Assembly (NCBI GenBank): GCA_015231605.1
Contig: JADGBG010000004.1
Coordinates: forward strand, 44,958-68,957
DNA: 24,000 bases
From: Alphaproteobacteria bacterium
GTDB lineage: Bacteria; Pseudomonadota; Alphaproteobacteria; Rhodospirillales; Magnetovibrionaceae
Reading direction: 5' to 3'
The stretch's first letter is position 1, and each line of letters opens with the position of its first letter. The translations under genes and the position numbers were made by a program. Under the pieces are notes generated by a model. It was not told the DNA's origin, did no database searches, and was given only the letters and a program-made list of their open reading frames with translations. Shown here piece after piece: positions 6,943 through 15,131 of the stretch.

Positions 6943-8793
6943 TTATAGGAAATTGGTCATGTTCAAATCCTTAATGCGGGCGAGAATTTCGTAGGACGCC
7001 TTGAGCGCCGTCTCCTCGGACAACATGTTGGACGCGATGGTCATGGGGTCGCCCTGCTCGATGCCGGTGATCTGCTTGTCCAGGAAACTGATGTATTTGT
7101 CGTGGCTTTTGGTGGCCTGCGAGATCATCACGCTGTGGTAGCTGATGGTCACGCTCAGCGCCTGGATGTTGCCGGTGCGCTCCGTGCCGTAGGGGGCGGA
7201 GACCGTGGTGGAGCCGTTGTAGGCGCTTTCGATCAGGTGAATGGCGTCGGTGGCGCGGGTCAGGTTCTGATCCAGGCCGCCTTCGGTGCCGTAGACGCCC
7301 TGGGCGACGATCGCCATGGCGCGGATGGCCTTTTCGAAGGCCGGGTCGAGCGCGTTGGTGTTGAAGTCGAACTTGCGCGTCTCGTCAAGACGGTGCGTCT
7401 GCGTCAACTCGTCGCCGTTGTAATAGTCCAGCGACTTGACGGTGCCGACCGCCCCGGGGATTTCCAGGGTCGTGCCCACGGGGGACGCGGCTTCGGCGGT
7501 GACGTTCTCGACCACCGTGATGGTCTTGTAATCCGACGACACTTCCTTGACGGTGAACGACGTGTTGTTGCTGGTGGTGCTGGCGAAGGTGACCTTCATG
7601 CCGGCCTTCACGTTGGTGAACACGGCCGCCGTCGACACGATGGTGTCGCTGGAGGGCGCATTGTCGGTGAACGCCAGGGCGCCGACCACGGTCGGGGACT
7701 GGATGCGCGTTTCCGTGGTGTCGCCGCTGAGCGTGGTGCCTTCGTCGGTCAAGGCTTTGCGTTCGATCTTCACCCAGGTCCCGCCCGGATCGTCCACCGA
7801 CGCGACCGTATAGGTTCCGTTGTTCTTGGCGGTGCCGGAAACGGTGAATTTGGTTCCCACCGCCAAAGACGCCAACGGAGTGGTGCCGCCAGCGGCGGTG
7901 ATCTTGTCGTCCGTGCGGGTAAAGCTGAGGTCGGTGAAATCGCCAAGAGCCGCGCTCAGTTCCGTGCCGTCGGCCAGGGTGATCTTGCCCGCCGCGTTGT
8001 TGGCTTCGTCGGTCAGCATCCGCGTTTCGACCTCGATGGTCTTGCCGCCGTTGGTGATGCTCTTGACGGTGTAGTAGCCGTTGTTGTTGGTGGTGCCGCT
8101 GACCTCGATGGTCGAGCCGACCGTCACGTTCGAGAACATCGCCGCGTCATACGCGGTGATGGAACCGTTGCTCTTGGTCGTGCCGTCGTTGTCGGCGTCG
8201 CGGCGGAACTCCAGCCAGTTGGTGTGATTGTTGCTGTCGCGGCTGAGGTCGAAGTGTTCGATGTGGGCGTCGCGGGTCGTCGGGTAGGTGACGGTCGCGC
8301 CGTTGTACTTGGTTTGGAAATCGGTCAGCGATCCCAGGTTCAGGGTTACCGGAGAGGTGTCGGTCCGCCCGCCGCCCAGAAGGGAACGTCCGCCCACGGA
8401 AATGTTCAGGTCCGCTTCCAGGGACTTGAGCGAGTTGAAGGCGAAGGTCTGGAGGTTCTTGGTAAGATCTGCCGTCTTGCCGGTTTCGTTGACGAACTTC
8501 TTCAATTCCTTTTTGAAATTGTTGATGGTCGTTTCCATGCTGGTCATGGCCTGGCTGAGGGTGTCGAGGCGCAACGTCATGGTGGTGTTGTTCAGCTTGA
8601 ACGCCTGGTAATTGTCATAAGAGGTTTCCAGCGACAACAAGTATTGCGTGCGCTTGGAAATCCCCATGTAATCCTGGGACAGATAGTTGTTGTTCGAAAG
8701 CTGCGTGCCGTAGTCCAGCATGCGCTGCTGGGTCTTCTGCATGTAGCCCAGGAACTGGGAATTGGCGGCGAGGTTCGTGATGCGGTCAACCAT
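6943..8793 (-). CDS. flgL: Flagellar hook-associated protein 3 (FlgL), enlarged 616-aa form
   Basis: It lies directly downstream of flgK, after a 24-nt gap with a GAGGAGAGGAG SD. It has flagellin-superfamily helical termini (MVDRITNLAANSQFLGYMQKTQQRMLDYGTQLS... and ...LSEETALKASYEILARIKDLNMTNFL) and a large Thr/Asn/Gly-rich central region. Confidence 0.8.
   Translation of the reverse strand: MVDRITNLAANSQFLGYMQKTQQRMLDYGTQLSNNNYLSQDYMGISKRTQYLLSLETSYDNYQAFKLNNTTMTLRLDTLSQAMTSMETTINNFKKELKKFVNETGKTADLTKNLQTFAFNSLKSLEADLNISVGGRSLLGGGRTDTSPVTLNLGSLTDFQTKYNGATVTYPTTRDAHIEHFDLSRDSNNHTNWLEFRRDADNDGTTKSNGSITAYDAAMFSNVTVGSTIEVSGTTNNNGYYTVKSITNGGKTIEVETRMLTDEANNAAGKITLADGTELSAALGDFTDLSFTRTDDKITAAGGTTPLASLAVGTKFTVSGTAKNNGTYTVASVDDPGGTWVKIERKALTDEGTTLSGDTTETRIQSPTVVGALAFTDNAPSSDTIVSTAAVFTNVKAGMKVTFASTTSNNTSFTVKEVSSDYKTITVVENVTAEAASPVGTTLEIPGAVGTVKSLDYYNGDELTQTHRLDETRKFDFNTNALDPAFEKAIRAMAIVAQGVYGTEGGLDQNLTRATDAIHLIESAYNGSTTVSAPYGTERTGNIQALSVTISYHSVMISQATKSHDKYISFLDKQITGIEQGDPMTIASNMLSEETALKASYEILARIKDLNMTNFL
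7486..8163 (-). repeat. Three tandem copies of a roughly 50-55-aa module inside the FlgL variable region (protein-level repeat)
   Basis: R1 is AMFSNVTVGSTIEVSGTTNNNGYYTVKSITNGGKTIEVETRMLTDE. R2 is LASLAVGTKFTVSGTAKNNGTYTVASVDDPGGTWVKIERKALTDE. R3 is AVFTNVKAGMKVTFASTTSNNTSFTVKEVSSDYKTITVVENVTAE. The copies map to roughly 8005-8163, 7741-7905 and 7486-7647. Confidence 0.7.
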
Positions 8794-8817
8794 GACTAAT
8801 GTCTCCTCTCCTCGCGA

Positions 8818-11046
8818 TTACCCGATGACCCGGTCAAGGGCTTCGAACATGTTCTGAATGACGGACACCACGCGCGCGGCGGCGGCGTAGGCCTGTTCGT
8901 ACAGGATCAGGTTCGACATCTCCTCGTCGATGTTCACGCCGCGGAAGGTGTCGGATTTGTGTTTCAGGCTCGACGTCAGGTCGTTTTGATAGGAACGCTG
9001 GCTGTAGTTCAGCTCCGCCTTGGTGGCGTTGTGCGACAGAATGCTGGTGGCCCGCACGGTGAAACTGACGCTGACCGATGACAGCGAGCCGGCGGCGTCG
9101 AACGTGTTGGACCCGCTGAACGTCTGGGCGATGGCCTTGATCAGGGTGTTGTCGCCCTTGCTGATGAAATATTCGCCGGACGCGCCACGGGACGAATCCC
9201 ATTGCGCGATGCCGCGCGAAATGTTGCCCGGCGTTTCCTTGATGTCGTCGCGCACGTCCAACTGCAAGCTGACGCGCACGTCGGCGGAATGCATCCTCAT
9301 ATCCGTCAGGACTTGATCGCCGCTGGCTTGCGTCACGGTGATGTTGGTGCCGTCGTTGCTGGCGATGCGCAAACGGTAGCCCGACCCGTCCGGGATCAGC
9401 GAAGCCGTCACGCCGATATTGGCGTTGTTGATGTTGTCGCGGATGTTGCCGAGCGTGTCCCCGGAATTCACGGTCACGGTTTTGACCGCGCCCGAACCGT
9501 TCCAGACACGGATGGTGTCGCTGCCGCCGGTAACGGTCGCACCGAACCCGGACGCCATGATCTCGCTTTCCCAGATGTTGTCGGCCAGGTCGTCGACAAA
9601 GAAATCGTTGAGGCCGAAGAAATTGGAAAAGCCGCTGACGGTTTCGTCGATGACGGTGTCGCCGTCGGAATCGAACTTGATGGTGGCGTCGGTCTGGGTG
9701 CTGCCGACGGGGGCGGGAACGGTGCCCGAAGAGTTCACTTCATCGCGGAACGCCAGGTTGTATGCCGTCGTGTTGAGCTCGATGTTCAGCTTCTTGGTGC
9801 TGGAGTCCACGGACACGCTGGCGCCGGACGCGCCGCTTGCCTGCAACCAGTCCTCGATGCTGGCGGCGACCTCGTCGATGGTCCACGGCCCGTTCGCGGC
9901 TTGCGCACCGGTGCCGTAGTTGGCGGACTGCATGATGGTCTGAAGGGTGGTTCCGTCATACTGGTTGCCGGAACCGTCGAACAGCATGATGCGCGTGTCC
10001 GAATTGTTGCCCATGGTGATGGTCTGAGTGGAGCCGTCAAGGAAAGCGCGGTTTCCGCTCATGGACTGGACGCCCGGATAAGGAACGCCCCGGTTGTGAA
10101 CCAGATTGATCGAATCGCGCAGTTCCGCCGCCATTTCGTCCAGCTGGGATTGCAGGCCCGGCAGGACGCTGTCGCGCAGTTCCACAAGGCCCTTGAGCTT
10201 GCCGTCGCGCACCTGGTTGGTGACGTCGTTGACGGAAATCTGAGCCCCGATGTAGATGGGCGCGAAATCGCCTTCCGCATGGGTGGTGGTGGGGGAGGTG
10301 GCGCTGGCGGGGTTGTGGACCACGGACACGGCCTTGTTGTCCACCAGGGTCTTGCCCGCCGTGGTGAACACGGCCACGTCGCCGTCGCCGCGATAGAAGT
10401 ACGCGATGTCGATCAGACCCGCCAGTTCGTCGAGCTTGGCGTCGCGCTTGTCGTAAAGGTCGGTGACGTCCGCGCCGGTGGTGGCGTTTTGGATGATGGA
10501 GTTGTTCAGCGTCACCAGGTCGCTGTTGAGCGTGTTGATCTGGTCGGCCACCTGATAGATCTCGACGTCGGCCTGATTGCGCAGCTCCTGAATGGTGTTG
10601 CTCATCTGCTGCAGCTGACCGATGATTTCCTGGGCCTGGCGCACCATCTCGCTTTGTTCGAGGGACTGGTCCGGGGCCACGGTGAGCGCCTCGATGGCCT
10701 TGCCGAACTCGTTCATCACGTGGACGATGGAGTTGTTGTCCTGCGGCGCGCCGAACAGGTCCTGCATGCGTTCGTAATAGCTGGTCTGCGCGTCCTTCTG
10801 ATTGAAGGTGGAAATCTCTTCGCGCAGGCTTTTCAGAAGGCCTTCGTCGACCGCGCGCCGGACTTCCGACAACTGCACGCCCGCGCCGATGCCGGCGACG
10901 ACGCGTTGCTCAAGCTGGACGATCTTGCGCGAGTAGTCGGGCGAGTTGACGTTGGCGACGTTCTGCGCGACGGCGTCGAGCGCGCTCTGGTTCACGAGCA
11001 GGCCGCTCTGCGCGGTTCTCAAGGCGAGGGTCAGGCTACCGGACAT
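8818..11046 (-). CDS. flgK: Flagellar hook-associated protein 1 (FlgK), 742 aa
   Basis: The N-terminus is MSGSLTLALRTAQSGLLVNQSALDAVAQNVANVNSPDYSRK. The C-terminus is VNIDEEMSNLILYEQAYAAAARVVSVIQNMFEALDRV. Both are canonical FlgK signatures. Confidence 0.92.
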   Translation of the reverse strand: MSGSLTLALRTAQSGLLVNQSALDAVAQNVANVNSPDYSRKIVQLEQRVVAGIGAGVQLSEVRRAVDEGLLKSLREEISTFNQKDAQTSYYERMQDLFGAPQDNNSIVHVMNEFGKAIEALTVAPDQSLEQSEMVRQAQEIIGQLQQMSNTIQELRNQADVEIYQVADQINTLNSDLVTLNNSIIQNATTGADVTDLYDKRDAKLDELAGLIDIAYFYRGDGDVAVFTTAGKTLVDNKAVSVVHNPASATSPTTTHAEGDFAPIYIGAQISVNDVTNQVRDGKLKGLVELRDSVLPGLQSQLDEMAAELRDSINLVHNRGVPYPGVQSMSGNRAFLDGSTQTITMGNNSDTRIMLFDGSGNQYDGTTLQTIMQSANYGTGAQAANGPWTIDEVAASIEDWLQASGASGASVSVDSSTKKLNIELNTTAYNLAFRDEVNSSGTVPAPVGSTQTDATIKFDSDGDTVIDETVSGFSNFFGLNDFFVDDLADNIWESEIMASGFGATVTGGSDTIRVWNGSGAVKTVTVNSGDTLGNIRDNINNANIGVTASLIPDGSGYRLRIASNDGTNITVTQASGDQVLTDMRMHSADVRVSLQLDVRDDIKETPGNISRGIAQWDSSRGASGEYFISKGDNTLIKAIAQTFSGSNTFDAAGSLSSVSVSFTVRATSILSHNATKAELNYSQRSYQNDLTSSLKHKSDTFRGVNIDEEMSNLILYEQAYAAAARVVSVIQNMFEALDRVIG

Positions 11047-11096
11047 CTTTGCTTCCTTTCTGGGGCGCGTCCATCAGGCGCGGGGCCTATCCGTCC

Positions 11097-11540
11097 TCAA
11101 AGGGTTTCGTCCAAGGTCAACGAGGGCGCTTGCTTCTTCAACGCGTGCTGGCTGGGCGCGACCAGGCCGTTGGAGGAATAGGCCCCCGTGTTGGGCGTGG
11201 CTTGGCGCGCGGCCTTTTGCAAGGTGTTCATGAACAGGCGGTTCACTTCCAACGCGATCTTGAGACTGTGTTCGTTTTCGGTGACGAGTTCCTCGACGCG
11301 TTGGCCCAACTCGCGCAGGCGCTCCACGTTGGGCAGATCGTCTTCGCTGAATTGCGCGTCGTCCTGCTTCATGCCGAATACGCGGATTTCATAGGCCCGG
11401 CACAACATGGTCTTGCGTTCCAAGAGTTCCTGCACCACGTCGAGACGGTCGGTGCGCAGCGCCGCGTTTTCCTTTTCCAACAACTTCGCCAGTTCCTCGG
11501 TCAGAAACAGCATGTCTTCAAGGCGTTTGCTCGGTTCCAT
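11097..11540 (-). CDS. flgN: FlgN-like flagellar export chaperone (candidate)
   Basis: This 147-aa helical protein sits immediately upstream of flgK. Its N-terminus LEDMLFLTEELAKLLEKENAALRTDRLDVVQELLERKTMLCRAY fits the FlgN-family pattern (L..L...L..E...L...d...l......K..L). The assignment rests on pattern and context only. Confidence 0.55.
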   Translation of the reverse strand: MEPSKRLEDMLFLTEELAKLLEKENAALRTDRLDVVQELLERKTMLCRAYEIRVFGMKQDDAQFSEDDLPNVERLRELGQRVEELVTENEHSLKIALEVNRLFMNTLQKAARQATPNTGAYSSNGLVAPSQHALKKQAPSLTLDETL

Positions 11541-11541
11541 G

Positions 11542-11859
11542 TTACTGCACCTCCTGCATTTTCAGCATTTCCGCCATCACGGCGTCGGCGATGCCGATGC
11601 CGCCGTTCTTGGCAATGGCCTTGCCGTATTCGTCGATCATCACGCCCCGCCAGGTTTCTTCCGCCGCGCCGCCGCCAAAGGGACCGTCGGTCTCGATGCC
11701 GTCGAACATCGGCTTCAGCATCTGCGACAGGAACACGGCTTCGAAGTCCTGGGCGGTTTCGCGGAGCTTGCGCATGTCCGCGGTCTTGGGGATGCGGGGC
11801 AGGGCCCTGCCCTGGTCCACCGTGCTCTGGGTGTCGATGGGGAGTGCGAAGTCGCTCAT
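11542..11859 (-). CDS. flgJ: Flagellar rod-binding protein (FlgJ N-terminal-domain type, no muramidase domain)
   Basis: The sequence LRETAQDFEAVFLSQMLKPMFDGI...WRGVMIDEYGKAIAKNGGIGIADAVMAEMLK is the rod-binding family pattern. Its ATG overlaps the flgI TGA (TGATG); a GTG at 11862 is an alternative start. Confidence 0.85.
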   Translation of the reverse strand: MSDFALPIDTQSTVDQGRALPRIPKTADMRKLRETAQDFEAVFLSQMLKPMFDGIETDGPFGGGAAEETWRGVMIDEYGKAIAKNGGIGIADAVMAEMLKMQEVQ

Positions 11860-13049
11860 CACATCACCTCGATTTCGGCCTGCAGGGCGCCGGCCGCCTT
11901 GACCGCCTGCAGGATGATGATCATGTCGCGCGGGCCGATGCCGAGCGCGTTCAGGCTGTTTACGAACTCCTGCAGGGACACGCCGTCCTGCACCACCGCC
12001 AGACGCTTTTCGCCGTCTTCGGTGACCTGCACGTCGGTGCGGTTGACGGTGGTGGTGGCGCCGGTCTGGGTGAACGGACCGGGTTGGGACACCTGCGGCG
12101 TTTCAGTGATGCGCACCGTCAGGTTGCCCTGGGCCACCGCGACGGTGGACAGCCGCACGTTCTCGCCCATGACGATGACGCCGGATTGTTCGTCGATGAT
12201 GATGCGCGCGATCTGGTCGGGTTCGATGCGCAGCTGTTCGATGTCGGTGATCAGGTTGACCACCTGGCCCTGGTAACCGGCCGGCACGTCCAGCTTCACG
12301 GTGTTGGGGTCGGTGGCGCTGGCGGCGGATGTGCCAAGGAAGGCGTTGAGCGCCTGGGCGATGCGCCGCGCGGTGGTGAAGTCGGGGTTGCGCAGGCTCA
12401 GCTTAAGCGATTCCATGCCGTCGATATCGAATTCGACGATGCGTTCCACGATCGCCCCGTTGGCGATGCGCGCGGACGTCGGCACGCCCTTGGTGACGGT
12501 TTCGGCCGCGCCCCCGGCGGTGAAGCCGCCCACGGCGACCTGGCCCTGGGCCACGGCGTAAACCTCGCCGTCGGCGCCCAGCAGCGGGGTCACAAGCAAC
12601 GTGCCGCCCAGCAGGCTCTTGGCGTCGCCCAGCGCGCTGACCGTGACGTCCTGGCGCGAACCCGTGCTGGCGAACGCCGGCAGGGCCGCGGTCACCATCA
12701 CGGCGGCGACGTTCTTGGAATCCAGGCCCGCCTCGGTCGGCTTGACGCCCAGGCGGTTCAACATCGCCTGCAGGCTCTGTTTGGTGAAATGGCCGCTTTT
12801 CAGCGTGTCGCCCGTGCCGTTGAGGCCGACCACCAGACCGTAGCCCACCAGCATGTTGTCGCGCACGCCTTCGAAATCGACGATGTCCTTGATGCGGGAC
12901 TGCGCCCCGGCCGGGTTGGACCAAAGCAGCAGCACCAAAACCATCAGCAAGGCCAGGGCCGCGGCCACCACGTTGATCGCGGACGCGATCAGACGTTTGG
13001 CGGGGAGCGGCGCGTCCTCTGCGGGGTTGTATGCGATAGCGCGGTTCAT
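11859..13049 (-). CDS. flgI: Flagellar P-ring protein FlgI
   Basis: A signal-peptide-like segment (INVVAAALALLMVLVLLLWSNPAGA) is followed by QSRIKDIVDFEGVRDNMLVGYGLVVGLNGTGD. The C-terminus is LQEFVNSLNALGIGPRDMIIILQAVKAAGALQAEIEVM. The start could be 13049 (MNRAIAY) or 13094. Confidence 0.92.
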   Translation of the reverse strand: MNRAIAYNPAEDAPLPAKRLIASAINVVAAALALLMVLVLLLWSNPAGAQSRIKDIVDFEGVRDNMLVGYGLVVGLNGTGDTLKSGHFTKQSLQAMLNRLGVKPTEAGLDSKNVAAVMVTAALPAFASTGSRQDVTVSALGDAKSLLGGTLLVTPLLGADGEVYAVAQGQVAVGGFTAGGAAETVTKGVPTSARIANGAIVERIVEFDIDGMESLKLSLRNPDFTTARRIAQALNAFLGTSAASATDPNTVKLDVPAGYQGQVVNLITDIEQLRIEPDQIARIIIDEQSGVIVMGENVRLSTVAVAQGNLTVRITETPQVSQPGPFTQTGATTTVNRTDVQVTEDGEKRLAVVQDGVSLQEFVNSLNALGIGPRDMIIILQAVKAAGALQAEIEVM

Positions 13050-13129
13050 CGTTGTATTCCCGTTCCGGGCCCTTGTGGGCCTTGTTGGTTCCATGGACGG
13101 TCTTCGCCGTCACTTTTCACGGAATCTCA

Positions 13130-13145
13130 TGCGAAAGGCATGCCA
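13130..13145 (-). promoter_or_regulatory. Sigma54 (-24/-12) type promoter upstream of flgI
   Basis: The minus strand reads TGGCAT-GCCTT-TCGCA(T), against the consensus TGGCAC-N5-TTGCW. GG and GC are correctly spaced. It lies 36-80 nt upstream of the candidate flgI starts. Confidence 0.55.
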
Positions 13146-13202
13146 GTTTCGCGAACCCCATAACCATATGAAAACAAATGGAAAATATTTGCGCGGGATG
13201 AA

Positions 13203-13241
13203 CAAAAAAGCCCCCGCAGGGCAGAGACTGCCGTGCGGGGG
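13203..13241 (-). terminator. Rho-independent terminator after flgE
   Basis: The minus strand reads CCCCCGCACGGCAG-TCT-CTGCCCTGCGGGGG (14-bp stem, one mismatch) followed by CTTTTTTGTT. It begins 27 nt after the flgE stop. Confidence 0.75.
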
Positions 13242-13267
13242 AAAAATATGCCGGGTGGGCAAGAACC

Positions 13268-14848
13268 TTAGCGTTTGAGGTCGCGGGCCACGGTGGTCAT
13301 TTCGTCGGTGGTCTTGAACACCGTGGAGGACGCGTTGTAGGCGGTCTGGGTCATCATCATGCGGGTGAATTCCTCGGCGATGTCGACGTTGGACAGTTCC
13401 ACCGCGTTGGGCATGAACAAGGCGTAGCCATCGTTGCCGGCGGACTTGATTTCCGCTTCGCCGGACATTTCGTTGGCGGTGAACAGGTTGCCGTTGACCT
13501 GGGTCAGGCCGTTGGGGTTGGCGAACACGCCCAGCGACACCTTGTAGATCTTGCGGAACGTGTTGTCCTCGAACACGCCGACGACGTTGCCGACCTCGTC
13601 GAAATAGAACGACCGCATGTTCGACGATGCAAACCCATCCTTGGTATAGCTGTGCGGGATGAAGCCGCCATAGAACTGGGTCAGGTTGGCGATGTCGAGG
13701 GTCATGCTGGTGGTGCCGATCGCGCCGTCGGTGACGCTGTCGGTGGTGTCGGTGTTGGCGGCGAAGTTCAGGTTATAGGTGATGGTGGTGGGCGACGTCA
13801 TCTGGCCGTTCGATCCGAACGTGGAATAGGTCGCCCGGTTCGACGACACCGACGCCGTCGTGTCGGCGGTCGGGCCGGTCACGCCTTCGCCCGTCGAGGC
13901 CGTGGTGTAGAACGTGTTGGTCGCGTTCAGCGCGGTCAGGGTGACGACGTTGCTGCCGGCGGTGGTGGTGGGGGTGAGCTTGGCGCTGATCGTGGGGTTG
14001 GCGGCGATCAGGTTGACCAGTTCCGTTCCGACGTCCTCGCCGTCGACGGCCGCGGTCCTGGAGAACAGGATGCCGTCGATGTTGATCTGGTAGGTGTCCC
14101 CGGCTTCCACGGTGCCGCCGAGCGTGACCGTGTCAACCATCGGATCCTGCGTGCCGTCCGTTTTCGGCATGATCTGCCAGGAATTGACGCCGGTCTTGGT
14201 GAACGTCAGCTGGATCGACTTCAGCTCGCCCAAGCTGTTGACCATCTCGATGGTGTAAATTTCCGTGTCGCCGACCTCGGCGTCCGCCGGAATGTTCATC
14301 GCAAGCGTGCCTTCGGTGGTCGCCTCGAACCGGTCGAGGAACGCACGCGCGTCGATGCGCATGCTCGACGGCGAGCCGGAGGTGCTGACGGTTCCGTTGG
14401 TATAGGCCCACCCCTGGACGAAATAGCCGTTCTTGTCGGACAGGTAGCCGTCCTTGACCTCGATCGTGTTGGTTCCGGCGGTGATCGTATCGATCACGTT
14501 GACGGTCTTCATGTCGAAGCTTCCGTCGCGGCCGTAGAACGTCTGCCCGCTGCCGTCCTGCGCGGAATTGAGAATGAAGAAGCCGCTGCCGCTGATGGCG
14601 ACGTCGGAGGGCTTGTCGGTGGCGACCACGTTGCCTTGTTGGCTGACGTTGATCTTTTCCTTGGGCCGCACCCCGCCGATGTCGGAAACGTGATCAAGGC
14701 TGTTGCTGAGGAGCGTCGAGAACTGTGTCGTGCCGGATTTGAAGCCGCCCGTGTTCACGTTCGAAATGTTCACGCCGATCGTGCGCAGGCTGGCGGCCTG
14801 GCTCATCATGCCCAGCATCGAACTGGAAAAAGCGCCGTAGAGGGCCAT
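13268..14848 (-). CDS. flgE: Flagellar hook protein FlgE (526 aa, with a large central insertion)
   Basis: The N-terminus is MALYGAFSSSMLGMMSQAASLRTIGVNISNVNTGGFK...SGSGFFIL. The C-terminus is LFMPNAVELSNVDIAEEFTRMMMTQTAYNASSTVFKTTDEMTTVARDLKR. A GGAG SD lies 7 nt before the ATG at 14848; the longer ORF reaching 14956 was rejected. Confidence 0.92.
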   Translation of the reverse strand: MALYGAFSSSMLGMMSQAASLRTIGVNISNVNTGGFKSGTTQFSTLLSNSLDHVSDIGGVRPKEKINVSQQGNVVATDKPSDVAISGSGFFILNSAQDGSGQTFYGRDGSFDMKTVNVIDTITAGTNTIEVKDGYLSDKNGYFVQGWAYTNGTVSTSGSPSSMRIDARAFLDRFEATTEGTLAMNIPADAEVGDTEIYTIEMVNSLGELKSIQLTFTKTGVNSWQIMPKTDGTQDPMVDTVTLGGTVEAGDTYQINIDGILFSRTAAVDGEDVGTELVNLIAANPTISAKLTPTTTAGSNVVTLTALNATNTFYTTASTGEGVTGPTADTTASVSSNRATYSTFGSNGQMTSPTTITYNLNFAANTDTTDSVTDGAIGTTSMTLDIANLTQFYGGFIPHSYTKDGFASSNMRSFYFDEVGNVVGVFEDNTFRKIYKVSLGVFANPNGLTQVNGNLFTANEMSGEAEIKSAGNDGYALFMPNAVELSNVDIAEEFTRMMMTQTAYNASSTVFKTTDEMTTVARDLKR

Positions 14849-14916
14849 GGGGCGTCTCCGTGTTTGAATTCCGTATCCTGGCGGCGCACGCGCCGCACAC
14901 ATTTCCGCTGAGAAAA

Positions 14917-14933
14917 ATGCAAGGATGATGCCA
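14917..14933 (-). promoter_or_regulatory. Sigma54 (-24/-12) promoter upstream of flgE
   Basis: The minus strand reads TGGCAT-CATCC-TTGCAT, a near-perfect match to TGGCAC-N5-TTGCW. It lies about 70 nt upstream of the flgE ATG. Confidence 0.7.
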
Positions 14934-15131
14934 AGATGCTTATCGTGGAAATTCAATGGATTGATGCCGCCGTGGTCGGCGATCCGTTGCCGGATGGCGG
15001 GAAAGAACGGACGGGACCGTGCATTTCTTGCCGGGTGCCGGGGACTCTAAGACATATTTAACCCGCATTGGTGATGATCTATGATGACGCGCGGCCTTGG
15101 GCCGTTCGAGTGGAACACGGGACCAACGCAC

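Noticed and set aside
7102-8799. 565-aa plus-strand ORF opposite flgL
   Set aside because: It is an antisense shadow of flgL. Its composition is dominated by G/R/V/A/D repeats that mirror the Thr/Asn/Val codons of the real gene, and it has no start context.
9202-13163. Plus-strand ORFs of 659 aa (9202-11181) and 704 aa (11049-13163) opposite flgK, flgN, flgJ and flgI
   Set aside because: These are antisense shadows. The minus-strand frames carry canonical FlgK, FlgJ and FlgI signatures, whereas the plus-frame products are low-complexity and R/G/A/H-rich.
13652-14911. 419-aa plus-strand ORF opposite flgE
   Set aside because: It is an antisense shadow of flgE with no motif and no RBS.
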